Source: Conexivisphaerales archaeon
GTDB taxonomy: Archaea > Thermoproteota > Nitrososphaeria > Conexivisphaerales > DTJL01
Assembly (NCBI GenBank): GCA_049509455.1
Contig: JBEKZX010000011.1
Span: 1-45,767, forward strand
Direction of reading: 5' to 3'
Length of the DNA stretch: 45,767 bases
A program made the translations under genes and the position numbers. The notes beneath the pieces are model-generated. The model was not told the DNA's origin, did not search any database, and was given only the letters and a program-made list of their open reading frames with translations. Below, piece after piece: positions 7,789 through 17,239 of the stretch. Numbering within the stretch: the stretch's first letter is position 1; every line of letters starts with the position of its first letter.

Positions 7789-9108
7789 CTACGGGTAGAG
7801 GCGGTTCATGGTCCTAGGGAAGATCGAGGTGGTCCTGATATGCTTGAGGCCCAACATCCATCTCATTACCCTCTCCACCCCCATGCCGAAGCCGGCGTGA
7901 GGCGGAAGCCCGTACTTCCTCAGCTCCAAGTACCACGTCATGGAGGCAGGATCGATGCCGAAGTCCTTCACCTTCCTGTAAAGGACGTCGTACTCGTGTA
8001 TCCTTTGACCACCCGTCGCGATTTCTCCGTACCCCCCAGGGGCGAGCAGGTCCGCGCTCATGGTGGCCTCGGGCTTGTCGGGGTCGCTGACGTGGTAGAA
8101 GCTCCGGGCCTTGACGGGGTAGCCCGTGACGAAGACGGGGGCCTCGAACTCCATGGAGACTACCCTTTCGGCATCCGTGCCCAAGTCCTCCCCCCATTCC
8201 ACGTGGATGCCCTTCCCCTCGGAGATCCGAAGGGCCTCGTCGTACGTTATCTTGGGGAAGGGAGGCTCGGGCACCTTGACGGCCCTGCCCAGCGTTTCGA
8301 GCTCAGCCTTGCATCCCTCACTGACGCCGCTGGTGATGGAATGGACCAGCTCCTCCTCCACCTTCATGAGGCCGGCCAAGCCGGTGAAGGCCAGCTCGGC
8401 CTCAATCATCCAGAACTCGGTGAGGTGACGGCTCGTCTTCGACTTCTCGGCCCTGAAGGCGGGCTGCAGGATGAAGACCTTGTCGAACGAACAGATGGCG
8501 GCCTCCTCGTAGAGCTGAGCGCTCTGGCTGAGGTACGCCGTCTGATCAAAGTACTTTACCGGGAAGAGGGTGGAGCCCCCCTCGACGGCGGCCTTAACCA
8601 GTATGGGCGGCTGGATGAGAGTATAGTCGCGCTGAAAGAAGTACTGCGTCGTGACGTCCACGACCTTGGACCTAATCTTCAGGATGGCGGAGGTCTTGGG
8701 GCCCCTGATGGCGAGGTGGCGGAGGTCGTAGAGCGTCCTAGGGGACCTAAGAGCACTGCGGGTAATCGGCCACTGATCGCTGGGGCTGATGATTTTGAAA
8801 TCCTTGACGGAGACCTCCTTCCCTCCGGGGGCGCGGGGGTCGTCCCTGATTACGCCCTTGGCGTAGACCGCGGATTCTACCGTCGCGCTGCGAGCTGCCT
8901 CCCAGGCCGCTTCCGGGGCTGCGCCCTTCTTGGCAGCGAGCTGGATGTAGCCGGAACCGTCCCTGAGCCTGAGGAACACCAGGCCTCCGACGACGTTGCT
9001 CACGCTCACCCAGCCCAAGAGCTCCACGGTAGTGCCGCCGTGAGCCTTCAACGCCTCGGACGCCGTATGGCTGCGATCAGGCATGCTCTGTTTCGTCTTT
9101 CCCACCAA
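7789..9108 (-). CDS. asnS: Class IIb aminoacyl-tRNA synthetase, most likely asparaginyl
   Basis: OB anticodon domain; YLSQSAQLY, FRAEKSKTSRHLTEFW, PHAGFGMGVER; Asn versus Asp specificity is not certain. Confidence 0.75.
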   Translation of the reverse strand: MVGKTKQSMPDRSHTASEALKAHGGTTVELLGWVSVSNVVGGLVFLRLRDGSGYIQLAAKKGAAPEAAWEAARSATVESAVYAKGVIRDDPRAPGGKEVSVKDFKIISPSDQWPITRSALRSPRTLYDLRHLAIRGPKTSAILKIRSKVVDVTTQYFFQRDYTLIQPPILVKAAVEGGSTLFPVKYFDQTAYLSQSAQLYEEAAICSFDKVFILQPAFRAEKSKTSRHLTEFWMIEAELAFTGLAGLMKVEEELVHSITSGVSEGCKAELETLGRAVKVPEPPFPKITYDEALRISEGKGIHVEWGEDLGTDAERVVSMEFEAPVFVTGYPVKARSFYHVSDPDKPEATMSADLLAPGGYGEIATGGQRIHEYDVLYRKVKDFGIDPASMTWYLELRKYGLPPHAGFGMGVERVMRWMLGLKHIRTTSIFPRTMNRLYP

Positions 9109-9167
9109 GGTAGGGGATAACTTAGTCTGCGGGGTGGTTTTAAACCTTGCAGATTTCTGGGTTGCCG

Positions 9168-9756
9168 TTGAGACTTCAGAAACCTCACGATCTTTGCCGT
9201 GCCCACGAAAGTAGTCGACGAAGCGAGAAATCGGGAGGCGCTGAAGCTACTGGTCGAGCAATGCCGAGGCAGGCTGGCGGCATGGGGGAACCTGGAAGGG
9301 TCGGCGTGGCCGACGGCTTCATCGAGGTGAAGGAGGACGATGGTGTCGACGGCGGCGTTCGAGGCCCGGTGAGTGGATGCGGAATGGGTCTCCTCGGCAC
9401 TGAGATCTGATGCTGGTCTCCGTGGCGTGACATCCTACTCCGCCGAGGCGGCCTCGAGAGAGGTGACAGCCATGTTCCCCGAGGCATCCAGGACGACCGG
9501 CGCCCTCTGGAAAACGGTGACCGCCGAAAGGCCGAATGCGAAGATGTAGAAGCTGTCCCGGAGGCCATGCCCCCCGTCGCCTTCGGAAAGGGATGAAACG
9601 GGAGAGCTGTCGAAGGCCTAGGCGCAGGTCAAGCGGCCGAAGATGGTAGAATCAGTTGCCTTGGATGCGTTCAATATCGAGCTGGGCAGAGGGTTCATCA
9701 ATTACGCGCACGTGGACACTTTCGCCTCGAAGCTGAGGTCTACAGAAACTCGTTGA
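9168..9756 (+). pseudogene. Degraded protein-coding gene of unknown family
   Basis: TATA-like TTTTAAA near 9138-9144; protein-like segments mainly in one frame broken by four in-frame stops and apparent frameshifts. Confidence 0.5.
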
Positions 9757-10903
9757 TTACGGTCGCCGTAGTGGCAAGACCGTCGGTCCTCTTGACCACG
9801 TCGGAGAGCTGCTCAGCGCGCCTCCTGAAGGAATCGTCAGCCAGGATCTCGTTGATGGACGAGGCCATCATCTGTGGCGTCACAGTCAAGGGGTTTAGGG
9901 CCCTGGCGAAGCCTAGCTTCTCCGCTTTCACGGCGTTGCCCCATTGCTCCCCATGATATGGAATGGGAAGGAAGAGCCCGGGCACTCCCCTGATCATGAC
10001 CTCGGCGATCGTCGTGTGGCCGCCCCGGGCGATGACGAGGTCGCTGGAGGCGATGAGGTCCTCCTTGATGGAGCACCATTCGAACAGCGTAAACCCATCG
10101 AGGGACTGGGGCCGAGGGTCACCGCAGGGGTCCCCGAAGGAAACGACTAGGCTTATGTCGTTGCCAAGGAGAGGCGCCACTTTCCGAATCAGGTGCAGCA
10201 TTCCAACCCGGCTGCTGGTGGGGCCGCTAATCTGGGCGAAGACCAGCTTTCGTCCGGAGGCGTAGTCGGTGCGCGTCCGGGAACGGGTCTCCGCGGAGAC
10301 CTCTTTAGCCTTCATGAGGAAGCCCACGTACTGAAGCTTCCCCCCCGCCATCCGGACGTTCCAAAGCTGCTTCTCGGACAGTGTGTGGGGAGGAGGGAGG
10401 TCCGGGGCTAGTATAACGCTGCTCCTGTCCCAGGCCAGCGCAAGTAGCTCGGCCGATATCTTCTCTATCGGAGACTTGAGGCCACCGGCGACCGGCGGCA
10501 AGGAAATCCGCAGCTGGTTGATGATAAGGACGCATGGGAGGCCGTGGAGCCAGGCCGCGACCACCGAGGAAAGCCGAGAGTCGGAGACCACGAGCTTGGG
10601 CTTCATCTTCACCATGATGTCGCGCTCGAGCACGGTCTGGCGAGCGAAGTTCACATAGGCGTAGGGGAACCGGCGAAAAGTCTTCTTGAAGGCCATCCTA
10701 CCGGCCTCGCCCCACTCTACGTCCACGGGCGGGACCTCCGTGGAGGGAAGCCCCTGTCTCAGGAGGAACTGGAGCCCCTCTCCCCAGCAGGTAAAGTAGC
10801 TGTAAACCTCCGGCAGCAGGGCCTTGGCGACCATGGAGGACCTCGAGACGTGGCCCAGCCCTGAGCCATAGACCCCGAAATGGACCCTGCTACCGGGGCT
10901 CAA
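9740..10903 (-). CDS. GT-B glycosyltransferase (GT28/MJ1255-like)
   Basis: GSGLGHVSR, VIARGGHTTIAE, PIPYHGEQ. Confidence 0.85.
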   Translation of the reverse strand: MSPGSRVHFGVYGSGLGHVSRSSMVAKALLPEVYSYFTCWGEGLQFLLRQGLPSTEVPPVDVEWGEAGRMAFKKTFRRFPYAYVNFARQTVLERDIMVKMKPKLVVSDSRLSSVVAAWLHGLPCVLIINQLRISLPPVAGGLKSPIEKISAELLALAWDRSSVILAPDLPPPHTLSEKQLWNVRMAGGKLQYVGFLMKAKEVSAETRSRTRTDYASGRKLVFAQISGPTSSRVGMLHLIRKVAPLLGNDISLVVSFGDPCGDPRPQSLDGFTLFEWCSIKEDLIASSDLVIARGGHTTIAEVMIRGVPGLFLPIPYHGEQWGNAVKAEKLGFARALNPLTVTPQMMASSINEILADDSFRRRAEQLSDVVKRTDGLATTATVINEFL

Positions 10904-11510
10904 GAGACAACTTCCTTACCGGGCCGCAGGGGGCGGTCTCTTCGAATACGATCGCTTGGAATGTTGAAAGCCCGACCTCATGTGAAAGCCATAGGTCAGG
11001 TGTGGCTCCCGCCTTCATGCAAGCGTAAGAAAGATAGGTGTCGATGTCCCAGCCCTCCTCGACAGGGACCTGCGGCAGGAGCAGCCCCGATCCCCCCCTC
11101 CACCGCACGATCACCCCGTCCCGGCCTATGACGACCTCTTTTCTGTAATCCTTTGGCGACGTCACTTCCAGCCGGACGGGCTCGGTGAGGACGCTCACCT
11201 CAAACGTTAATCCCGAGAGCTCGTCAGGCGTGACGGGCTCGAATCGTGGGTCGCCCACCGCCGCGTCAACGGCGGACTCCTTCACGGCGTCGATCAGGGC
11301 CTCGCTGGGATATGGCCTCCCGATGCAGCCGCGCAGCTCGCAGGCCGGATGCAAGCGAATGGTGACGAAGGCTCCCCTCTTCTCCCGGAGCCGAGGGGAC
11401 GCCGTCGAAGGGGGAACCTGTCCGGGCACCTTCAGTAGAGACTCTACGGCATGCCTGGCCGCCTTCACCAGATAGGTCCCTTCCTCGAGGGAGTAGTCCT
11501 CCGACGTCAA
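10890..11510 (-). CDS. AMMECR1-domain protein
   Basis: GAFVTI..LRGCIG, EVSVLT, GLLLPQV..YLSYACMKAG. Confidence 0.93.
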   Translation of the reverse strand: MTSEDYSLEEGTYLVKAARHAVESLLKVPGQVPPSTASPRLREKRGAFVTIRLHPACELRGCIGRPYPSEALIDAVKESAVDAAVGDPRFEPVTPDELSGLTFEVSVLTEPVRLEVTSPKDYRKEVVIGRDGVIVRWRGGSGLLLPQVPVEEGWDIDTYLSYACMKAGATPDLWLSHEVGLSTFQAIVFEETAPCGPVRKLSLEPR

Positions 11511-11986
11511 CCTTTCAAAGCCTCCTTGACCTGTTCATCGAACCGGGTGAGGCGGAACCAGTGACCGCCCTCCCAGTACATGTGATGACAAGACCCACAC
11601 TGATAAAACCTCTCCTGGCGTGCGTAGACACCCGACGGAACTTGGGATCCGACCTTCGCCTTCTCGACGGGGACCACTTCACCGTTACAGAGCGGGCACC
11701 GGGAGCCGTTCGGGTCGAGAGTAGGCTTCAGTCCCGTCTCCCTGAATACCTGGGCGGCCACGGCGGCGTCGCCCTTCTTCGAGATGAGTACGCAGGGCTG
11801 ACCCCTCCGCCGGGCCATCCCATGTAGCTCCACGTCCGCCGTCAGGAGGACTCGGCCTTCGTCCTTGCCGAGCACCAGCAGCTCCAGGTCCCCCTTATCG
11901 GGGTAGTAGGTGACATCCAGGCCGTAGAGCCGAAGCTTCCTGGCGAGCGAGCCTAGCATCCCGTCGGCGATGAATCTGATGGACAA
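11507..11986 (-). CDS. Mut7-C RNase domain protein
   Basis: RFIADGMLGSLARKLRLYG, SRCPLCNG, C..CHHMYWEGGH. Confidence 0.92.
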   Translation of the reverse strand: MSIRFIADGMLGSLARKLRLYGLDVTYYPDKGDLELLVLGKDEGRVLLTADVELHGMARRRGQPCVLISKKGDAAVAAQVFRETGLKPTLDPNGSRCPLCNGEVVPVEKAKVGSQVPSGVYARQERFYQCGSCHHMYWEGGHWFRLTRFDEQVKEALKG

Positions 11987-12013
11987 CGTCGACGCCCCTG
12001 AGGGATTCTCCCT

Positions 12014-12586
12014 CTAAGGCTTCTCGGGCGTTTCAGTGCGGCATTCTTCGCAGATGTACTTCCCGTCCATCTCCACTAGATAGTCGGACCACTGGTTGCA
12101 CAGATCGCAGTAGCCTGATACAAAGCCAGGCGTCCTGCGACTCTCCCCCGTGAGGATCCGTGCCTTCTCGGAAACAATGTCGACCAGCTCCGGCGTCACG
12201 CTGAGGATGTCCGACATAGAGATTATCCCCACGACCTTGTTTCTGTAAACGACGCCCAGCCTTTTGATTCCGAGCTTCCGCATCATCCTGGCCGCCTCTG
12301 TGACCTCTTTTGACGCGTCGACGGTGTAGAGGGGCGTCGACATCACGTCCTTGGCCTTGGTGGCGCTGGGCTGGAGGTCTCTGGAGACGACCTTCTTGAC
12401 CATGTCGCCGTCCGTCACGACGCCTTCGACCTTGTCGCCGTCGATTATCACGACGCTGCCGACATTGGACTCCACCATCTTCTTGGCCAGGTCGGAGATG
12501 GTATCTTCCTTCGAACCCGACACCAGCGGGGAGTTCATGACGTCCCGGACGAAAATCTTCAGCGAGATGTGCCGTACCAGTGCCAT
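12014..12586 (-). CDS. CBS-pair protein with C-terminal Zn-finger
   Basis: Two CBS repeats plus CDLC..CEEC; likely ATG at 12586. Confidence 0.9.
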   Translation of the reverse strand: MALVRHISLKIFVRDVMNSPLVSGSKEDTISDLAKKMVESNVGSVVIIDGDKVEGVVTDGDMVKKVVSRDLQPSATKAKDVMSTPLYTVDASKEVTEAARMMRKLGIKRLGVVYRNKVVGIISMSDILSVTPELVDIVSEKARILTGESRRTPGFVSGYCDLCNQWSDYLVEMDGKYICEECRTETPEKP

Positions 12587-12645
12587 TTGCCCTACGGATG
12601 GGTACACCAGACTATCTCTTTTTAACGGTTTTCCCCGAACAGAGC

Positions 12646-14571
12646 CTAGGCCTCACCGGGGCTGATGGAAGGGATACCCTTCAGGACCCGCAGTTGGCGA
12701 AGCCTCCCCGTGGGGAGCGCCCGGACGAATTCGTCGATGTGAAGGCTCTCGGCGAAGGCCTTGGGCTCGCCATCGAGGTGCTCCGCGAGCTCTCTCTTCA
12801 GCTTCTTGGCGGCATCGGGCGTCGGCAGGTGGCCAGGGACCAATTCTATCACCAGCTGGCAGCGGCTGACGAGAGCGGTCGCTGGACCGCTGAAGAGCAT
12901 CAGCTCGCCGTCCAAGAGGCCCACACCCACCGACACCTTCAGCTCGACGCCCTTCAGATACTTCCGCTCCCCTTCGACTACGAAGCTGCCCCTCGGGAGG
13001 TACTGACCGGAGGGCGCACCTCTCAGCACCTGTTCGGGCCTGACGTAATAGGCATCGGCCGACGTGAGGCCTTCTCTCCAGGCCCTGCTATAGGAAACGG
13101 TGGCCTCGGCGACCTCCTCTACGCTACCTTCCCCTGCCTTCTGGCCACCCTTGAGTATGAAGAAGGCGGAGCCCGGCATCTCGGTGTGGAAGACCAGGTC
13201 CAACGGCTCCAGCTGCTTGCGAACGAGGATACTGTTGCTGCCAGCGTCGCGACCCCCGATGGCGAAGTATCCTTCGGAGGTGTAGAACCATCTAAACTTC
13301 TCGAACCATTTCCTCTCCTTCCTCTGCCTGATGGAGACCCTTGCCACCTTTTCCCTGTCGATGGATGAAGAGAGCTCCTCCCTCCTCTTCTCGAGTCGCA
13401 AGATGGCCTCCTCCAGCTTCACCGCGGAGGACTCCATCTCCCTGGCTTCGGTGAAGATGTGCGACGCCAGGGCGTAGGGGGATGCGATCTGGAGGCGCCG
13501 CCCTGCAAAGGACCATGCGCCGACCTCCCTTTCGTAAAGGTAGGCAGATGAGATGGCCTTGAGGTCGGCAGCGGCCTTTTCGTAGTCCGTCGACCCTGCC
13601 ATGAGTGACGAAGCGACGGCCTTAAGACCCGAAGACCTCGCATGAAGGGCCTCCAACTCCTTCTTCTTCGAAGAGATGCTGGATTCGAGCTTCTTCAGGT
13701 CATCCGAGGCCGTCTTGACACTCTCCGACGCAAGCCCCTGAATGACCATGGGGGTGAAGAATTCGTCCATGGCGGCCAGTATGCTAGAGTATGCCTTCTC
13801 GGTGATGGAGGGTAGCCCGAGTCGGACCGACGAAACCTCAATGGGGGAGCCCCCGGAGAGGTAGACGAAAGTCTCACCTTTCGCGGACTCTGCGAAGATG
13901 GCGGCAAAAGCGTCGGCGAGCAGGCCCACCTCGGATTCGGAGATGGAGGAACCGCGCCTACCCTTGGCGATGCCGGAGCGCCTGAGGGCCTCTTCGACTA
14001 TGCGTCGTGGTATCGCTATTCCGCGCCCGAGGAGGCGCTCGACAAGCTCGTCCTGGGCCAGGACCCGTCTCAGCTCCGTCCCGTCGACCCTGCTCAGCGG
14101 AAGAGACCGGGAGATGGGGGGCTCATATCTGATGCCTGGCCTCACGACTCTATCCTTCACCTCCAACGTGTTTAGGCAGGCGAGCACGACGGACCGGGCG
14201 TCCAGAAGGATGATGTTTCCTGCGCCGAAGAACTCCCCCACTAGGGTAAGGTCGCCGTCGAGGAGCGAAAACGTCAGGACGAGCATCCGCTCGCCCTCGG
14301 GCGCCCTAGCAGCCACGAACTTGGCCCGGATCAGCCGGGCCCTGAGACTGGACACGAAGCTGTCGGCGGGAGCCCTGGGAAGCTCCGCTGCGGTGACCCA
14401 GGCGCCTCTTCGCGGGGATAAGATGAGGGAGGCCTCGGGCATGTCGCTCTTGTGAAGCTTGACGATGACGCTGGACGAGCCGGTGAGGTAAATGTTATTA
14501 ACGTAATACCCGCCTAGGATCGAATCGAGTTTGCCTGCCAAGGACCCAAATTCCAAGCCTCCCAAGTCCAA
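12646..14571 (-). CDS. rqcH: Rqc2/NEMF (NFACT) ribosome quality-control protein
   Basis: KWFEKFRWFYTSEG..IGGRDA..N, TVSYSRAW, SGQYLPRGSF; likely TTG at 14571 (track ORF starts at 14685). Confidence 0.9.
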   Translation of the reverse strand: MDLGGLEFGSLAGKLDSILGGYYVNNIYLTGSSSVIVKLHKSDMPEASLILSPRRGAWVTAAELPRAPADSFVSSLRARLIRAKFVAARAPEGERMLVLTFSLLDGDLTLVGEFFGAGNIILLDARSVVLACLNTLEVKDRVVRPGIRYEPPISRSLPLSRVDGTELRRVLAQDELVERLLGRGIAIPRRIVEEALRRSGIAKGRRGSSISESEVGLLADAFAAIFAESAKGETFVYLSGGSPIEVSSVRLGLPSITEKAYSSILAAMDEFFTPMVIQGLASESVKTASDDLKKLESSISSKKKELEALHARSSGLKAVASSLMAGSTDYEKAAADLKAISSAYLYEREVGAWSFAGRRLQIASPYALASHIFTEAREMESSAVKLEEAILRLEKRREELSSSIDREKVARVSIRQRKERKWFEKFRWFYTSEGYFAIGGRDAGSNSILVRKQLEPLDLVFHTEMPGSAFFILKGGQKAGEGSVEEVAEATVSYSRAWREGLTSADAYYVRPEQVLRGAPSGQYLPRGSFVVEGERKYLKGVELKVSVGVGLLDGELMLFSGPATALVSRCQLVIELVPGHLPTPDAAKKLKRELAEHLDGEPKAFAESLHIDEFVRALPTGRLRQLRVLKGIPSISPGEA

Positions 14572-14878
14572 GAAGAGCCAACCCCCGCAAAACCCAGTAG
14601 GTATGGCCCCTCTAGATAAAGTGTACTGGGGCAGGTGCGCTATGGCTACGCTGGCGGGCCTTGTCTCAGGGGAGACATTCGGCATGCTCTCCCAGCCGTC
14701 GGGAGGCCTGACCGTCCTAATCGTGTTCTATCTTTTCAGCGTCCTGCTTTCCCGAGCCCTCGTCGCCGATACCGTAGGCATTGAGAGACAACTGTACACC
14801 CAGGGAATCGGGACGTATCTTCTCCTCTGGTTCATGATCTTCTCCCTTTACGCCACCTTCGTCCTTTACCACGCCTAG
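14531..14878 (+). CDS. Small three-TM membrane protein, possibly EMC6/Rab5ip-like
   Basis: DKVYW followed by three hydrophobic segments; YTQGIGTYLLLWFMIFSLYAT. Confidence 0.55.
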   Translation: MPAKDPNSKPPKSKKSQPPQNPVGMAPLDKVYWGRCAMATLAGLVSGETFGMLSQPSGGLTVLIVFYLFSVLLSRALVADTVGIERQLYTQGIGTYLLLWFMIFSLYATFVLYHA

Positions 14879-15151
14879 CCCCTGCGCGTAGAGGAGCCAC
14901 GTCCTGACGTAGGCCTGGTCGATGGCGTCCAGCAGGACGCCTCCCTGTATCCTTTCCAGCTGCCCGGTGTAGGGCCTGGACCGTCCGTCGCCGGAGTTCT
15001 GCTCGAAGTTGGAGATACCCTTTAGCGCCATGGTGACCCCCTGCCTTTCGTCTGGTGGGAGCTGAGAGCCAGCGACCTTGGCAAGAGCCGACTCCCGGTC
15101 CACCTTGGCCAGCTCGACCCACTCCCTCAGCAAACCGTCGTCAACGTTCAA
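14717..15151 (-). CDS. Hypothetical protein
   Basis: TTG start 1 nt after the stop of the RadA paralogue; the last 162 nt are antisense to the neighbouring gene. Confidence 0.5.
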   Translation of the reverse strand: MNVDDGLLREWVELAKVDRESALAKVAGSQLPPDERQGVTMALKGISNFEQNSGDGRSRPYTGQLERIQGGVLLDAIDQAYVRTWLLYAQGLGVVKDEGGVKGEDHEPEEKIRPDSLGVQLSLNAYGIGDEGSGKQDAEKIEHD

Positions 15152-15152
15152 G

Positions 15153-15872
15153 TCAGAAGTCCACTATCCCGCCGGGACCGATGGCGAACTCCGCCCTGCT
15201 TCGGGTTTCAAGGTCGATCGCAAGCCATCTCCCCCCGTTCCTGCTCAGGCTAATACGGGTGTGTATATATGCGGCTGTGTGGTCGAATCCCTGCGCCGAC
15301 GTAGTGTCCGTGTCGGGGTTGTAGCGGACCCCGTTGGTGACGACGATGAGAGTCCCTCCCGTCAGGGCGTTGAAGGCCAGCTCTCTGCAGAAGAGAGAAA
15401 GGCGGCCCGTGTCCCTGGAGAGTTCGCTCCCACCGTAGAAGAGGTCGCTAAGTGAGTCCACCATTACCGCCGAATAGGCCCCGCTCGCCAATGCCGAAGT
15501 CACACTGGAAACGACCTTGTCGACGGACCTGGCGCCTAGTACGTCGATGTTTGCCAAGACTGCCTCGGGTTCACGGTTCCTGAGCGAAGAGATTTGGTGT
15601 ATCCGCTCCGGCCGAAAGGTCCCTCCCGTGTCGACGAAGAGGAGCCTTCCCCCATTTGAGGGGAAATTCACGGCCAGCGTGAAGAGGAGCTGTGATTTGC
15701 CCGTGCCGCTTTCCCCAGAGATCTCGGTGAGCCTCCCGTAGGGGATACCCCCACCCATCAGGGAATCGAGTGCCCGGGATCCCGTGCTGAGCTTCGCTAC
15801 TGGAGACACCGAAGCAGGATGCAGCGACGCTGAGGGAGGGAAGGCGCCCGACGAATCGTCGCTCTCGCTCAA
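15153..15872 (-). CDS. RadA paralogue (aRadC/RadB-like ATPase, no N-terminal domain)
   Basis: LSTGSRALDSLMGGG, GESGTGKSQL, VDTGGTFRPERI. Confidence 0.88.
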   Translation of the reverse strand: MSESDDSSGAFPPSASLHPASVSPVAKLSTGSRALDSLMGGGIPYGRLTEISGESGTGKSQLLFTLAVNFPSNGGRLLFVDTGGTFRPERIHQISSLRNREPEAVLANIDVLGARSVDKVVSSVTSALASGAYSAVMVDSLSDLFYGGSELSRDTGRLSLFCRELAFNALTGGTLIVVTNGVRYNPDTDTTSAQGFDHTAAYIHTRISLSRNGGRWLAIDLETRSRAEFAIGPGGIVDF

Positions 15873-16014
15873 CGCACTCCCTCCCGACCGATGGCTCTGA
15901 CACGTAGCGAGGCTAAAAACATATGTGCCTGCCGACTCCCGAGGGCGAAGTCACATGCGAAGCGTGGCGAAGGACAGAAGGCTTTTATCTGCGTGGGTTT
16001 TGCCTCTTGGCAGC

Positions 16015-16281
16015 TTGAGCGACAATCTCACGGGAAACTCATCCATGAAGAAACCACTGATGGTTCTGCAGAAGGCGATAAGCAAGCCCGTGAGGGTCCG
16101 GCTGAAGAACTCCGAGGAGTACAGGGGCGTAATGGTCAACATCGACCCCTACATGAACGTCTTCCTGTCCGACGCCGCCGAATTCGACGGTGGCGGCTCC
16201 ATGGTGACCAATTATGGAAAGGTGGTCATCCGAGGGAACAACGTCCTCTTCGTGATGGTTGAAGAAGCCCTCAAGATCTGA
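16015..16281 (+). CDS. Sm-like (Lsm/SmAP) protein
   Basis: KPL..L..VRVRLK..YRG..IDPYMNV, VVIRGNNVLFV; start TTG 16015 or ATG 16045. Confidence 0.93.
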   Translation: MSDNLTGNSSMKKPLMVLQKAISKPVRVRLKNSEEYRGVMVNIDPYMNVFLSDAAEFDGGGSMVTNYGKVVIRGNNVLFVMVEEALKI

Positions 16282-17155
16282 CCGGCCCGTCAAGGATATT
16301 GGCTATGGCGGCCTCTGCGTCGTAGGCCGTGCCATATCGCCTGTTAAAGAACCTGACGATGTTGTTCACATCTCTCCTGACGTGGTCGCGGGCGTTCGGG
16401 TGGGTGATACTGACGGCCTGCGGCCAGTCGATCAGGACGGCCCGGTGTTCGGCGGTAAGGAGAACGTTGTACTCGCTGAGATCTCCATGGACGATGCCGG
16501 CGGCGTAACAGCCTTCGATGGCCAGGATGATAGAGGAGAGCACCGCCTTAGCGTCGTCCAGCGCTCTGACCTTGTACAGAGGGATGCCCAGCTCCATCTC
16601 CATCAAGACGGTGTGGTAGATGAAATCCCTGACCCTGGGGACCGGTAGCCCGGCTCCCTCGAGGCTCTTTAGAACCTTCGCTTCCCTGGCGGCTGCCTGA
16701 ATGCTGGCCGCCAGCCATGCGTGCTCCTCCCCGGTGGCGTAGCCTCTCTTCCTTTTGATGTCCCTGAAGCTGATTCGCCCCAGCCTAAAGAATTTCAGGG
16801 CAAAGATCCGTTCGTCCTTGTCCAAGGCTTCGATGACATCGGACTCCTTGCCCATAGCTATCGACGGTCCCAGCCTTGACAGAAGGCCGGCCTCCGCGTA
16901 CGAATGAAGGGCGAGGACGTCCAGGCCTTCGCCGAGGAGCTTGTAGCCCTGTGAGTCACCATTGACTAGCCCTAGCTTCTCCAGCTTGGACAGGTGGAAC
17001 TCGGCCCGTTCCAAGGGCTGGGCGCTCAACCCTGCAATCACGCCCAAAGGCACCCTGTCGAAGTTCTTCAGGGCGCGCACGAACTCCTTGAGGAGCACGT
17101 AGTCCTCCATTTGGAGGAGCTCGGTGGCCTGCGCCGCCTTCCTCACCTCTGACAA
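16271..17155 (-). CDS. rio2: RIO2-type kinase (small-subunit maturation)
   Basis: wHTH N-terminus, GKESDV, FFRLGRISF, HGDLSEYNV, IDWPQ; likely TTG at 17155. Confidence 0.92.
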   Translation of the reverse strand: MSEVRKAAQATELLQMEDYVLLKEFVRALKNFDRVPLGVIAGLSAQPLERAEFHLSKLEKLGLVNGDSQGYKLLGEGLDVLALHSYAEAGLLSRLGPSIAMGKESDVIEALDKDERIFALKFFRLGRISFRDIKRKRGYATGEEHAWLAASIQAAAREAKVLKSLEGAGLPVPRVRDFIYHTVLMEMELGIPLYKVRALDDAKAVLSSIILAIEGCYAAGIVHGDLSEYNVLLTAEHRAVLIDWPQAVSITHPNARDHVRRDVNNIVRFFNRRYGTAYDAEAAIANILDGPVRS

Positions 17156-17239
17156 GCGTCCTTCATCGGCTACATCCTCCTTAAAAGAGTAGTCGGGCAG
17201 TGGCCACAAAACAGTTAAGGAGGGTCCGGCCGCTCGGAC

